Notes: a model not told the origin generated them from the letters alone. DNA of 64,000 bases from Hemiscyllium ocellatum (GCF_020745735.1 NC_083409.1:12771259-12835258); one strand, 5' to 3'. Numbered from the stretch's first letter, positions 11,967-25,600 are shown. Numbers and translations are program-made.

Positions 11967-13681
11967 GTAGGAAATTTCAAACATGACCAAGATTCACAGA
12001 AGCTCTTCAAATTATTTGATGTGCTTTGAAACTCAAACACGACGTGCAGTTTAAAAAAAAAGTTGCATGGCTGAGAGTATAGCACAACACCGAGGGATGG
12101 TGATTCTTGAGCCTTTGTCTAGTGTGAAAGTGAAAATAACACCTGAAATGGCCTTGCTGAAGGATTTATTAAGGGAATTTTGTTTTAACTCACTTGTTGG
12201 ATGTGGGCATTGCTGGGTGGCCAGTATTTATTGCCCATCCATGATTGTCCATAGAACAGTTAAGAGTCAACCACATTGCTGTGGGTCTGGAGTCACAAGG
12301 AGACCAGACCAGGTAAAGATGGCAGTTCTCTTCCCTAAAGAACGTGAGTGAACCAGATGGGTTTTTCTGACAATTGACAATCGATTCATGGTTATCGTTA
12401 GACTTTTAATTCCAGTTTTTTTTTATTTTATTGAATTCAAGTTCCACCATCTTGCATGGTGGGATGATGACATGAGTTCTGTCGCAGGAGGTTTACCCTC
12501 TATTACTGTACTGTCACTGTCATTGAGACTGACAGCCCAGAGTTAAGGCGTGGTAGATTGTTTGTTAACATCTCGTTCTGTCAGTTTCCTTTGGAATCTC
12601 TGAAGTTGAAGCAGTAAGAGCTGAATGCCTATGCAAGTTTGATTTCATTGGTCTGTAACTTCGGTCATGTTACACCTGTCTAAATTGGAGAAAGAATGCC
12701 ACCAGCTTGTCAGAAAAAATTGCACACCACTGAAGTATTCAACAAAGAAAAGTCAACTCCAACAGGTTTGCCTGTTTCTGACTCTCCAGCTGTGTCCCTT
12801 TGCCACTCCAGCCTCTCATTTTCTATCCTCAGCTGGTCCACACCATTTCTATCTCAGCAGCATGTTCCAGCCTTGAGTGAACCCAGCATTTACTCATCAC
12901 AAACCTGTGTCTGGAAAGTTTCCTGCCTCATCATCCACAACTCTCACTCAGAGACATGACCATTCCATCCTCTTCTGGTCAGATTGCTGTCCTTATACTC
13001 CCTGAATGTGAGCACTTCCGAAAGTCTGGAAAGAGCGCTTATTCTGAAAATTATCAGACCGGCCTTAATTGACTTTTGCCTCCCAATTTTTCAACATCTC
13101 CAATCTAATTTTCACATTTAAGAAAGCCCTTCATGATGAATCCCTCTCTCTCTTTGTGACTTTTATTTGAATATCATCCTCCAACCTCTTGTGGTCTTCA
13201 TTTCCCTTCCAGAGTTAACCTAAATCATGGCCATGTATAGTAGCCCGATTGCAGAATTCATTTCCAAATCCCATTCCTCTCCTGTCCTTCAAATGCACAT
13301 CTTTTGCAAGCTTTTAGTCTCTAGCTTCTCATTTTGGCTTTTTCCTCAATATGGTTCTAACCATAATAATTGCATCATGCTCACTGTTACTGACTGCCCA
13401 GATAGTCCTGCTGTGTGATCAGCCGGTGTGTACGGTGATACTGTAGGTCTGAGGAGTTGATGTGTTTGGTGACACTGTGGCCCCCAAGTGGTCAGTGTGT
13501 CCATTGCGTGAGGCTTTGTCAGTGGTACAGCAGGTTTGATTAAAGCTGTTGAACAGGTTGTGAGAAGTGTCACCAAGAGTTATGCAAGTTTGCATATATC
13601 TCTTATCCACTAATGTTAGTGTCCAAGTTGAATTTGATTGTAAGGATACCTGTTAACATCCATTGGGTGGATCTTCAACAG

Positions 13682-13842
13682 AAACTACGTCAGACCAGAA
13701 TAATATTGAGATCAGGATCCGTGCACTGAAGGATGAACTTAAGAAGTGCAAGCCCATTGTGGACAAGCTGAAGAAAGAGCAGGAGGAACATCAACAGGAT
13801 AGGTTGAAAACCCAGGAGGCCAGCCTCATCAAACAGCTAGAG
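13682..13842 (+). pseudogene. CEP350: CEP350 pseudo-exon D (open frame)
   Basis: cag| ETTSDQNNIEIRIRALKDELKKCK...LKTQEASLIKQLE |gtgaga versus recalled ETTSDQSDIEGRIRALKDELRKRK...LKAQEASLIKQLE. Its phase-1 start matches the end of exon C. Confidence 0.92.
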
Positions 13843-14568
13843 GTGAGATTGAACCCTCCACTGCCCTGCAGGTTTCAGCTGGGGATGGTTGGAACATGAG
13901 ACCGTACAGCGGTCGAGTTCAGAGCATTTCACATGTTTCATATTGTGTTCTCAAAACCAAATCAGCATCCATCTCCTTTAATGAAAAATTGTTGGGGGCT
14001 GTTGACTTTTATTCTTGCCATCTTAAGGAAAAGTGGTTGAGCAGGGTTGCTTTTTCTGTTTGATTTTTTTTCTCTGCCATTAATAAGCGTTTTTATATTC
14101 TTCCAAACATTCATTCAAATCTTTTATCCCAAATTCCTCTTCATATCCTCATCTCATCCGACTTTCAAGAGTTTCCTTTTTCCAATGGTGTCTTGGGTAT
14201 TCTGTCCTTATACTTTCTTCTTCCTGAGCAATATCCCAGTATTCTTTATTAAAACAGCTTTGGGGCCTATTACTTGTTAAATGCTGCATAAACAGGTTGC
14301 TGTCATGTTGAATGGTGTGTGCAATGGCTTGAGAGGAATATCCAGAATAAACAAACTTGTTTTGATCACATTCAACCAACTGGGCCTTTTGGTCTCCCTG
14401 TTAATCTTTCTAAATTTTGTGGTTAACTGGTTTTATAGATTGTTAAAATTAGATTTGTTCATTCAAAAAAGAATTTGTGGTTTGTCTTATGCAGTTGGCA
14501 AAATAGTGTCATGTGGACTTCTTATCATCGCAGTGTTTGATTTCACCTGCTCTCCATGTCTCTTTCAG

Positions 14569-14712
14569 TTCTATGATGAGTTTATTGCAAAGGTCCAAGC
14601 TGAACTCAGTGGAGATCTTGATGTTGGCAGCTCAAACTCCACCAAACCACAGAATAAAACTGTGCGCCACTGAAACTGAGAAGGCAAAGGTTCAACCGCT
14701 CACCCTGCAGAG
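14569..14712 (+). pseudogene. CEP350: CEP350 pseudo-exon E, copy 1 (144 nt, frameshifted)
   Basis: FYDEFIAKVQAELSGDLDVGSSNSTKPQNKT; 2 nt shorter than copies 2 and 3; AG/GT flanks. Confidence 0.88.
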
Positions 14713-16551
14713 GTACTTTCAGTAATGGATGTTAATTGTGTAACCTTATGAAGGGAGCCTCTTGTATTTCTCTTTTATACCCTCGAGGGACCCCTTTTGT
14801 CCACATTAGTTGGTGATTAAATTGTTCTTTTGCAGTGACTTTACATCAGAGAAATGTGCCTTTTGGCCCAACAGATTTGTGCAGTTATTTCCTCTCCATG
14901 CAAGTCTCCTCCCACTTTGTTTCATCCCATCAGTGCGTCCTTCTGTATGTTTCCCCCTGAGGTACTTATCCAATTTCCCCCGAAACATATTCGTGCTATT
15001 CAACTTCAGCATTCCCGATACTAGTTGTCATGTTGTTCCATGTTGTCCCCTTTCCAGGGAAGAAAGTTTTGTTTTGAATTTCTGATTCGATTCTGAGTGA
15101 TCAAATCAAGCTATATTCTTAAAATTTCTGGTGTCTCAGTGTTTTCTACCTTGCCCATCAATTCTCAAAATATGTGTAAGTACGCCTGATTATTTCTCAA
15201 GGATTTAGTGACGTTTTCCACAGTGTAATTACTGAGTTTAGAACTGAAGGATTGCTATTGAACTTCAAACCTTTTCCTCCTGCACTTTTATGCCCTTCCC
15301 TAAAAGGGAGGCAGTGTTTTTAAAGAGGATCTTTTAAACTAAGTTTTGAATCATCTCTGGTTTTTTCAAGTTTGCATGCAGTTTTTCCAGTGTAGTGTTC
15401 TGAAGCAAAGTCCTGAGACTGAATGACCATCTGATTAGAAGAACAGAAGGGTTTATGGTTTGAACATATTAACATTGATTGGACAAGCAGCTCTTTTGAT
15501 GAAAGTGCTGGACAAGTTCTCATACTGTCCATTCCTTTCTGAGCATTCAATGTAGGAAATCACTGAAATAGGTGCTTGGGTCACTTTGATTTGACACAGC
15601 AACACCCTGACTAAACTGCCACATGCTCTTCTGATTTGCCAATATTTGTGTTTCCCTATAAAGTGCAGGAATAAAAAGAGGTGCAGCAGTCAACTGAAAG
15701 TGATCTGACTTTTGAAAGCTGAAGCTCAGAACGTTCAGTCTGAAATCGTTCATTCCCCTAAGTACACGGCAGTTAGTAGATGAAGAGATTCTCCATACTT
15801 ATTCAGTTTACCAGGAAAGATTTGAACAGTCTATATCAGTTTCCTAAAATGGCCATTACTTTCTCTGTGGTTACTTGTAACAAACCATGTTTTGGATTGC
15901 AAAGTTTGAAGGATATTCACTGTTTTCATTGCAATGTATCTGATCCTGAACTGTCAAGAAGTATTCTTTTCAGTTCAGTAACTGTGTTCTTCTCATCCTC
16001 CACACTCCATGATAGTCCATGATATCTCCCTTTGTGAGCCTAATGAAATATTGATTCCACCTAATGGATAAGTGTGACATGTTCTTTTCATACTAAGTTT
16101 ATATTTCAGACTCAGGGAAAAAGCTTGTGATACTTTGAAATTTTGTAAAGATGATTATTTTCACCACCTTGATTATGGCCAAAAACCTTTAAAACTTAAA
16201 AAGGAGTATAAACCATTTGTTCTGACTCCAAGTAAATTTTGTATTGAGTTTGAGTACTCAGTCTTATAAAATATACTGTTTAATGTTCTGGATCTCACTC
16301 CATGTGGAAACCTTGACTTTCATTACATGGCTGAGAATAAATTGGAAATGAATTCCAGCCTGTGTCTGACACGTCAGACATACTCTGAGAGATAAAAAGA
16401 TTCTCGTTTGTTTGTCTCCCATTTTCATGTTTTGATTTCACAGTTTATTATAACCATGTATTGGTCATTAATGCTTTGAAATGAATTCCATCATTTTTGT
16501 TCCTGACCTTCAGTATATAGATTGACCAACAGTTTGTGTACTTTGCAACAG

Positions 16552-16791
16552 GGCAGCCCAGTGCAGGAGCCCCAGTCCCTAAAAGATGTGCCCCGAAACA
16601 TCCAAGGGGAAAATAACTTTGCTTTTGCTGAAGATGCTGTCGAGATTGTGACACTGGTTCATGGAGCGGCTGAGGAGCTGTGCAAATGGCAGGAACTTGA
16701 CCATGATCTGGGGGATTTGCAAATACCCCCAGACTTTGGGAATTATAAATGGAAGGATGATGAGAGTGTCAGCAGAAGAGCTTATTGTGAG
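16552..16791 (+). pseudogene. CEP350: CEP350 pseudo-exon I, copy 1 (240 nt, open, internal in-frame deletion)
   Basis: GSPV^QEPQ...LVHGAAEELCKWQELDHDL...ESVSRRAYCE versus recalled LVHNAAEELWKWKELGHDL...ESTSKRVYK; AG/GT flanks. Confidence 0.88.
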
Positions 16792-17609
16792 GTGAGACCC
16801 AGATTTTGCATTTGAAAACCAAATTATTTTTTCTTTGTTAAGCAAGAAACATATGGGTTAAGAGTGCTCCATTGCAGCTCTGATTGATGATATGTATAAC
16901 AGAGCATGTTAAAAACATTATCTCGATCCTGATGACTGCATTGAATTCAATTTACCATTTTGCCCCTTCCCTAAAAATCCAAAGCCCCTTTCTCCTCCAC
17001 TGTTTGTACTCTCCCATTATTAATTTATCATCCTCATCATCATCATCATACTGTTATCCGTTAAATCCCATCTGTCATAACTTTGCCCAGTCTGAGAATC
17101 TATAGGTTCTGTTTCTATTAACATAATATATGGTGTCCCTTCCAGCCACTCAGTGTTTTTTTCAAATTCTTCTCCCTCGTTTCTGACTTTCCATTGCTGT
17201 TTCCATTGGTTGATAATACAATATTTGATTATTATTCACCTTAATGATTGGAGCCATGATAGTTTTGTTTTCTATTTACAGCATGTCCCACAGATGTCAT
17301 TCATTTTGTTTCAAAGATTTGCCTCCTTTTATGTTGTGGTGCCTTCCTCAGTATTATGCAGGAAATCTTGTCTAGTACATCTTGGTAGTTCTGCAATCCT
17401 TTTAAACTCTGATCTCTGTTTTGCCTTGTCTCCTGCAATCAATGAACTTCTAAATGTATCCTTGGTTCAGATCGTGGAGCAAACAGTTGTTATTTTATAT
17501 ATTTTGAACAGGATTCCCCTTTGTTTTCACTGTAATGATCTCACCAGCTTTTTGTTGAGTGGAGAGGACGCAGCTAATATAAACTTTTCTCTTAGTCTTT
17601 TACTTCCAG

Positions 17610-17754
17610 CTTGTCCTTAATGTGACGGGAAATTTTTGTTGACATCTTTTCTGACGACCTCCGTGCCAGCCCAGCCCCGTGGATGAAGCCAAGCCGAATT
17701 AACTCTTTATTCTTCAAACGAGCGAGGAACCCACAGAATTTAAATGAAGTGAAG
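17610..17754 (+). pseudogene. CEP350: CEP350 pseudo-exon J, copy 1 (2-nt deletion)
   Basis: LVLNVT..IFVDIFSDD...APWMKPSRINSLFFKRARNPQNLNEVK versus recalled VFDLTKEIFEEIFAEDP...WMKPCRINSSYFRRVKNPNNLDEIK. Confidence 0.88.
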
Positions 17755-18809
17755 GTGATAACTCCATGTAATCCTTTTGTCCTACTTGTCAGTAATAATG
17801 TTGCAAACGTGATGCTGGTTGGAGTTAAAATACGTAGATTAAGTGAGTGAGTGACTCAACTTGTAAACAGTGGTCACTATCCTGACTTGGAAATCTGTCA
17901 CTGCATCTCGGAAGTCCCTCCGTCATGAGATTGCAGGTCAAGCTCAGCACCATCTTGTCAAGGACAACCAGGAAGGGGCAATAAGTGCTGGCCAGCCAGT
18001 GACATCCACATTTCATGAATGAATAAAAAACATTCCTCTATGCTCATTGAGTACCAAGGAACTCCATTTTAACTCTAAACTCCTCAATGACCATTTTTTA
18101 AAATGACTCACAGGGTCTGGGCATCGCCGGCTGGCCAGCATTTAATCACCGATCCTAGTTGCTTTTGAGAAACTGGTAAGCTATCTTTTGTAACCACTGC
18201 AGTCCATGCTCTGTAGGTAGACCCACAATGTCCTTTTGGGAAGGAATTCCCGGAATTTGATATCGCAATCCTGAAGAAACAATGATATTTTTTCAAGTCA
18301 GAACGATGAGTGGCTTGGAGGGGAACTTGCAGGTTGCGGTCTGCTGCTCTTGTCCTTCTTGATCTAAATGGTCACAGATTCGGAAGGATCTGGCTGAAGA
18401 TCTCTGAATTTCAGCAATGCGTCTTGTAGATAGTACACACTACTGCTACTGAGTGGAGAGTGGTGGAGGGCATGGCTGCTTGCAGATGTGGTGCCAATGA
18501 AGTGGGCTGCTTTGTCTTGGATGTGGTGAGCTTTTTGTGTGTTACTGGAGCTGCACTCCTCCAGGCAAGTGGGGCGTATTCCATCAGACTCCTGACTTGT
18601 ACTTTGTACTCGGTGGATTTGCGATGGAGGTGCGTTATACTCCACAGTATTCCAAGCCTCTGACCTACCCTTGTAACCCAAAGTATTTATATACTGAGTC
18701 CAGATGAGTTTCAGGTCCATGGTAACCCCCATGATGTTCATTGTGGAAGATTCAGTGAGGGTAACACAAGGGCCATTGGTTAAATATTCTCTTGGAGTTG
18801 TAGACTTGT

Positions 18810-19805
18810 ACAGCTCAGAAACAGACCCTTTGGTTCTACTTGTTCATACAGACCAGTTATCCGAGATATAATCTAGTCGCATTTGCCAGCATTTGATCCA
18901 TTTCCCTCTTAAACCCTTCCTATTCGTATACGCTGCCAGATGCCTTTTAAATATCATCATTATGCCAGCCGTCTCCACTTCCTCTGGCATTCCATGTACA
19001 CACCACCCCCTGCATGAAACAGTTACCCGTTACGTAGCTTTTAAATGTTTCCCCTCTCACATATGCCCTCTAGTTTTGCCTTCACCAGGGAAAAGACTTG
19101 TCTATTTACCCTATCCATACCACTCATAATTTTATAAATGTTTTCACAGTCGCCTCTTAGCCCCTGATGCTCCAGGGAAAGTAACCCCAACCAATTCTTC
19201 ATCTTCCTATACCAGAAACCCCCCCACCCTGGCAACACCCTTGTAAATCTTTGCATAACCCTTTCAAGATTCACAACATCCTTCCAAGAGCAGGGAGTCC
19301 AGAATTGCACAGAATATTCTAAAAGAGGCCTGATCAGTGTCTTATTCAGCTGCAACATGACCTCCCAACTTCTATACTCAATGCTCTGACCAATAAAATC
19401 AAACATACCAAACACCACCTTCACTATCCTGTTTACTTGTCACTCCACTTTCAAGGAACTATGAACCTGCACTCCAAGGTCTCTTTGCTCAGCAACACTC
19501 CCCAGTGCTTTACCATCGAGTGTATAAGTCCTGACCTGATTTGCCTTTCCAAAATGCAGCACTTCACATTTATCTGAATTAAACTTCATCTGCCACTCCT
19601 CAGCCCATCTGTTGGAGATCCTGTTGTATTCTGAACCTTCATCACTGTCCATTGCACCTCCAATTTTGGTGTCATTTGCAAACTTACTAACCATACTATG
19701 TCCCATGTTCACATCCAAATCGTTTATGTAAATGATGAAAAGCAGTGAACCCAGCACCGATCCTTGTGGCACACCACTGGTCACAGGCCTCCTACTGGGA
19801 ATGGT
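18810..19805 (-). mobile_element. CR1 LINE 3' half
   Basis: [25 protein letters not shown]...SKFANDTKIGG...LIRPLLEYSVQFWTP. The counterpart lies at about 35830-36545 in the next unit. Confidence 0.9.
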
Positions 19806-21529
19806 CATTGACTGGCAGTTTTGGTGTGAAAATTACTTGCCTCTTACCAGTCCAAATCTGCATATTGTCTAGGTCTTGTTGCCTTTGAACATAATTCCTC
19901 AGATACTGAAGCAGTCTATGAATGGTACGGCATATTGTGCAACCTTCTGCACTTCTGACTTTATGATAGAAGTAAGGTCAGGAACTGAGGAACCCCATTT
20001 TACTCTGATCTCCCCAGTGATCCTCGAGGAACCTCATTTTACTCCCAACTGGAGACACAATGCTCCGAGTGTTAGCCATGGCTCAGTGGCACTGTTCCTC
20101 AATCAGCAGAGGGGATTAAACAAACACTGAAGTGAAATCCTGGATGATAGTCCTGGGGCAGTACTGAAGTATTGTTTTCAAAGTGAGGCCCCATTTTCCC
20201 CCTTGGGTGAGTTTTTTAAAAAAAGATTTTTAGTGCTACTTTGAAGAGGAGTGGAGTTCCCCCTCATGGTCCTGGTCAATCTACTACATGAGTCAGTATG
20301 GCTCAGCGTTTACTGAACCATTTCTCTAATTTGTGGGAACATGCTGTGTGAAAGTTTGTTGCAGCTTTTGACTATATTATAATTAGTGACTATACTTCAA
20401 AGGTTGGGAACAACATGGTGCAAGTGTGAAAAGTTATATATTGCAAGTTTTTTGGCAATTTGAGGTTAAGGTGGATGACTTGAGCATTGGTTAAAAAGTA
20501 TTGTCCAGCACAAAGACCAAGTTCTTTACTATTACAACAATGCAACTTCTATTTTACTGTGGCGCTGACATTGAAGTGTACACTGGATGTCTCCTTCCAG
20601 TAACTCAGACTTGCAACACTGCAATGTGAACTTTTTACCACGGTCTGAAGTTAACATCAAGCTACTCATTGTCTAGCCTGACTTCACTTTGTGCACAGTT
20701 TGTGAAGTGTTGCACTTTGCCAGGGACTGAGAATGGACATGTGTAAATCAGCTTTTCATTCACAGAGCAAATTTGGGACTGTTCATTTCCTTTGCTTTAT
20801 CTTTATAACTCGACTGTAATGTGTCTTCAGTCTGAACTGTACTATTTCCCACACCAACATTTCCGGGCGTGTTACTGGCCTTTGACGGTGTTAGCCGAGA
20901 AACCTGCCTGGAGCCACGTGAGGCAGTGGTCAGTGGTTAGATCATATAGCTTTGATGAACTCATCTGTTAAACTGAGAACAATTTGACCTTCTTGAAATG
21001 CTGGGTGCGCTGTATGAATCCATATCAGCCCCAATATTTATTGTGAGACAGCTGATCTTCACTTGTCTGCCTACAGTTTATTAAAGGCAGATCATTTTTG
21101 GAATTTGACAGAGTAGAGGCCAGCACTTGTTGTCAAAGTGCTGAACCACATAATGCAGTGAATTGATAAGTGAATAATTACTTATTTCTCAGTCTCGGCC
21201 TTAGGCAAGGGAAAATGTTAAACCTTCTCACAATCTGGGAGAATTGCATGCTACCTTAAAGTTGTTTTGTTTATGCTTTCGGATCTCACTGACATTATTC
21301 ACTTCAATTATAATTAAGTTTTAAAGCATTTAGTGATTTTTGTTTAATGGAACATGCTTTGAGTATCATCCAATTTTACATCATTCAGAATGGGAGAAGA
21401 ATCAGAAGGTCCACGCATCAAAGTCTTCATTGAGCAGTTTACGGGGAGGATAATGGATTGGAGGTTGTTTTGTCTGTGTATTTCGGGTGTGTGCATTAGC
21501 TGCCATTTCTCCTGTGCTTCTATTCCCAG

Positions 21530-21652
21530 ATCTTCATTTCTAATGAAGTTATAAATATGTTTGGATTCAACCAGGAGCAATATCAGAAGACAGGCTGGCA
21601 GAAGATGAAGACATTTGGCAGGAGAAAACGTGATTGGGTGGACAATATTTTG
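21530..21652 (+). pseudogene. CEP350: CEP350 pseudo-exon K, copy 1 (123 nt, open)
   Basis: IFISNEVINMFGFNQEQYQKTGWQKMKTFGRRKRDWVDNIL|gtaagt versus recalled KTDWQKMMKFGRKKRDRVDHIL. Confidence 0.9.
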
Positions 21653-22017
21653 GTAAGTGCTTCAGTTTAGCAACTGTTCAGTATTATATTGTACCATTAC
21701 ATCACAATTATGAACACTGCATCCTACATCTGAACTTTCTATTATTTCAAATGGCAAATGCTTTATCTGTTTTTGGCTTACCTGTCTGGCTCTCCAGCAC
21801 ACATCCAGAAAATGCTTCAACTTTCTGATTGAATTGAAAACTTGGGTCCTCACTGGAGTAATTTGCTGAAAATCAAGACCTGCTATTCCTTAGTTGCCAG
21901 AAAACTTACTTAAAAATTCAGAAGTACATTGATTTCAGTGCAGTTGGCAAAGTAGGGTCATGTGTACTTCTTTAAATCCCAGTGTTTGATTTCCCTTTCT
22001 CTCCATGTTTCTTTCAG

Positions 22018-22163
22018 TCCTATGATGACTTTGTGAAGAAGACCGAAGCTGAACCTAGTAAAGATCTTGATGTTGGCAGCTCAAGCTCAACCAAACCGCA
22101 GATTAAAACTCTGTACTCCACTGCTACTGAGAAGCTGAAGATTAAACTGTGCTCTCTGCAGAG
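22018..22163 (+). pseudogene. CEP350: CEP350 pseudo-exon E, copy 2 (146 nt, open)
   Basis: SYDDFVKKTEAEPSKDLDVGSSSSTKPQIKTLYSTATEKLKIK versus recalled SYDEFIKKTEAELSQDLETSPTAKPQIKTLSSASEKPKIK. Confidence 0.92.
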
Positions 22164-22689
22164 GTACTTTCAGTAATGGATGTTAATTGTGTAATCTTAT
22201 GAAGGGATGTCTCTTGTATTTCTCTTTCATATCCCAGTGGGACCCCTTTTGTCCAAATTAGTTGGTGATTAAATGGTTCTTGAGTGAAGGAGACCAGAAC
22301 ATGTACAGATACTTTACAGCAGGGAAATGTGCCTTTTGGCCCAACAAACCATGCGACTCTACTCCCACTTTGTCTCATCCCATCAGTGCATCCTTCTGTA
22401 TATTTCTCCCTGAGGCACTTATCTAATTTCCCCTAAAACATATTCATGCCACTCAACTGAAGCATTCCTGGCATCAGCAAGTTCCATGTTGTCATTCTTC
22501 TCAGGGAAGAATATCTTGTTTGAATTTCTGATTCGATTCGTTAATATGAACTTCCTGTTCAGGTCAGCCTCACAAGTGAAAACATTTTTCCCTCCATGCA
22601 GCTCAAGCACCTTCAGCGAGGACCACAGGCCTGACGGGAAGTTAACTTTAAATATACAAACGTACCTCGGGGGATCAGTGTTCTTCATT

Positions 22690-25600
22690 TTATGGGCGGC
22701 AGTTGGAGTGGGAGGAGCGACAATGAGGACCAGAGACCCGATGGGATGATAACTTTAAAATATAAAAACTTAGCTTGGCGGAGTGAACACTGAACAGGAA
22801 CGGACGTGAGACTGCTTGACAAGTGAGGCTTTTGAAGGAGCAGCAGAGTGACAGGCCACAGCGAGACGCAGAGGACTGTTGGGTATATATTGGGGCAGCA
22901 GCTGATTCCCGATATACTACACGTGTCGTGTCTTCCCCCGCCCTCTCCTCTAACCAAAGAAAAGAACTCTCGTGTGTTGCAAAGGTAAGGCGTTTCAATT
23001 GATATTTCTTGTGTATTGTATGATTGATTAAAAGTTCATTATTAGTTGGTTAGTTGAATAACATTTAACTTATAATTTTGTATAAATTAATTAAATAAGT
23101 AGAGATGGCTAGACAGTTGATGTGCTGTAGCTGTATGGTGTGGGAGCTGGCTGATCCCATTGTGAAGGGCAGTGACCACATCTGCAGCAAGTGTTGGTTG
23201 CTGAAAGAACTCTGGATCAGAATTGATGATCTGGAATCTGAGCTTCAAACACTGCGGGCACATCCGGGAGGGGAAATGTTACCTGGACGCAGTGATTCAG
23301 GAGGCAGTCACACCCGGTAGATTGAGTAATTCAAATTGCGTTAGTGATCAGGAACAACAGGGTGTGACTGTAAGTGAGGTAGGTAGGGAGATTCTGAGTT
23401 CAGGAGTGGAGAGGCCTCAGCCCTTGAACGTGTCCAACAGATATGTGATTTTTGCTCCCTGTATGGATGAGGAAAAGGGCTGTGGACAGGATGAGCCAGC
23501 TGACCATGACACCATGGTTCAGAAGGCCACTCAAGAGCGGGAGCAAAAAGACAAGTAGTTGTTACAGGGGATAAGCAGCAGGTTAGCATGTGTACAGGGT
23601 TTCAGTTCAAGGCAGACCAGGAATGAAGCAAAAATGAAGGATAACTTTGGACACATTACTAGAGATATTGGAAATCATGAGGAGAAGAAAATGAGCATTA
23701 AGGCACTTTACCTGAATGCTCATAGTATTTGTAACAAAGTAGATGAATTAACAGCACAAATAATCATGAATGATGATGATGATGTGGTAGGCATCACAGA
23801 GACGTGGTTGCAGGCGGTTCAGGACTGACAGTTAAACATCCAAGGATTTACAACTTATCGAAAAGAAAGGGAGGTGGGCAGAGGGTGCAGGGTTGCCTTA
23901 TTAGTTTAGAATGAAATTAAATCCATGGCACTGAATGTCACAGGATCAGATGATGTGGAGTTGAGGAACCAAAGGCAAAAAAAACCATAATGGGAGTTAC
24001 GTACTGACCTCACAGCAGTGGTCAGGACCAAGGGCACAGGATGTACCAGGAAATAGATAGGGCATGTCAGAATGGCAAGGTCAAGGTGACCATGGGGTAC
24101 TTGAATATGCAAATGACCTAGTTGAATAATGTTGCCGGTGGATCCAAACAAAGGGTATTCATGGAATGCTTACAGGATGGCTTTTTGGAACAGCTTGTGA
24201 TGGAGCCCACGAGGGAGCAGGCTATTCTGGACTTAGTTTTATGTAATGAGCCAGACTTCATAAAAGGTCTTAAAGTCAGGGAACACTTAGGAAGCAGTGA
24301 TCATAATATCATAGAGTTCAGGTTGCAGTTTGAAAGAGAGAAGGCAAAATCGGATGTAATGGTGTTACAGTTAAATAAAGGTAATTACAGGGCCATGAGA
24401 GAGGAACTGACGAAAATCAACTGGAAACAGAGCCTAGTGGGCAAGACAGGAGAGCAACAATGGCAGGAGTTTCTGGGTGTTTCCAGGTGGGGGGAGGTGG
24501 ATTTAGAGAGCCATGGCTGACAAAGGAAGTCAGGACATGTATCAAAGAGAAAGAGAGAGCCTATGAAGTGGCTGGGAAGACTGGGAAATCAGAAGATTGG
24601 GAAGACTACAAAAACAAACAGAGGATAAGGAAGAGAGAAATCAGGAGGAAAGGATCAAATATGAAGGTAAGCTCACCAGTAATATTAGAAATGTTAGTGA
24701 AAGTTGCTTTCAATACATAAGAAATAGATGAGTGGCAAAAGTAGAAATTGAGCTGTTCCAAATTGATGCAGGAAGGCTAGAGATGGGAGTTAATAGCTGA
24801 AGAACTTAATAAGTACTTTGTGTCAGTCTTCACAGTGGAAGACATGAGTAATATCCCAACAGATAAGGAAAATCAGGGAGCAGAGTTGAGTATGGTTGCC
24901 ATTACAAAAGAGAGAGTGTTAGAAAAGCTAAAAGGTCTAAAAATTGCTAAATCTCCTGGCCCGATGGGCGACATCCTAGAGTTCAGAGGGAAGTGGCTCA
25001 GGAAATAGAGAAGGCGTTGGTTGTGATCTTTCAAACATCAATGGAGTCAGGGAAAGTCCCAGATGATTGGAAAATCACTGTTGCAACCCCCTTGTCTAAG
25101 AGGGATCCAGGCAAAAGATGGAAAATTACAGGCCGATTAGCCTAACCTCGGTTGTCGATAAAATTTGCAAATATGTTGTTAAGGATGATATTTCTAAATT
25201 CTTGGAAGTGCAGAACGATTAGATTAGATTAGAACGAGTCAGCATTGATGTACTAAGGGGAGATCGTACCTGACAAACCTGTTTGAATTCTTTTGAAGAG
25301 GTAAGAAGTAGGTTAGACCAGGGAAACCCAGTGGATGTTATCCATCTCGACTTCCAAATGGCCTTTGATAAGGTGCCTTCTGGGAGACTGCTGAGTAAGG
25401 TGAGGGCCCATGGTGTTTGAGGTGAGCTACTGGCATGGATTGAGGATTGGCCGTCTGAAAGAAGGCAGAGAGTTGGGATAAAAGGTTCTTTTTCAGAATG
25501 GCAGCCAGTCACAAGTGGTGTCCCGCAGGATTCAGTGTTGGGGCCGCAGCTATTCACTTTATATATTAATGATCTGGATAAAGGGAACTGGGGGCTTTCT

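Noticed and set aside
16875-16970. C/D-box snoRNA in the highly conserved intron tract
   Set aside because: TGATGA and CTGA occur, but there is no terminal box D or closing stem, and the box C-like motif differs in the second copy.
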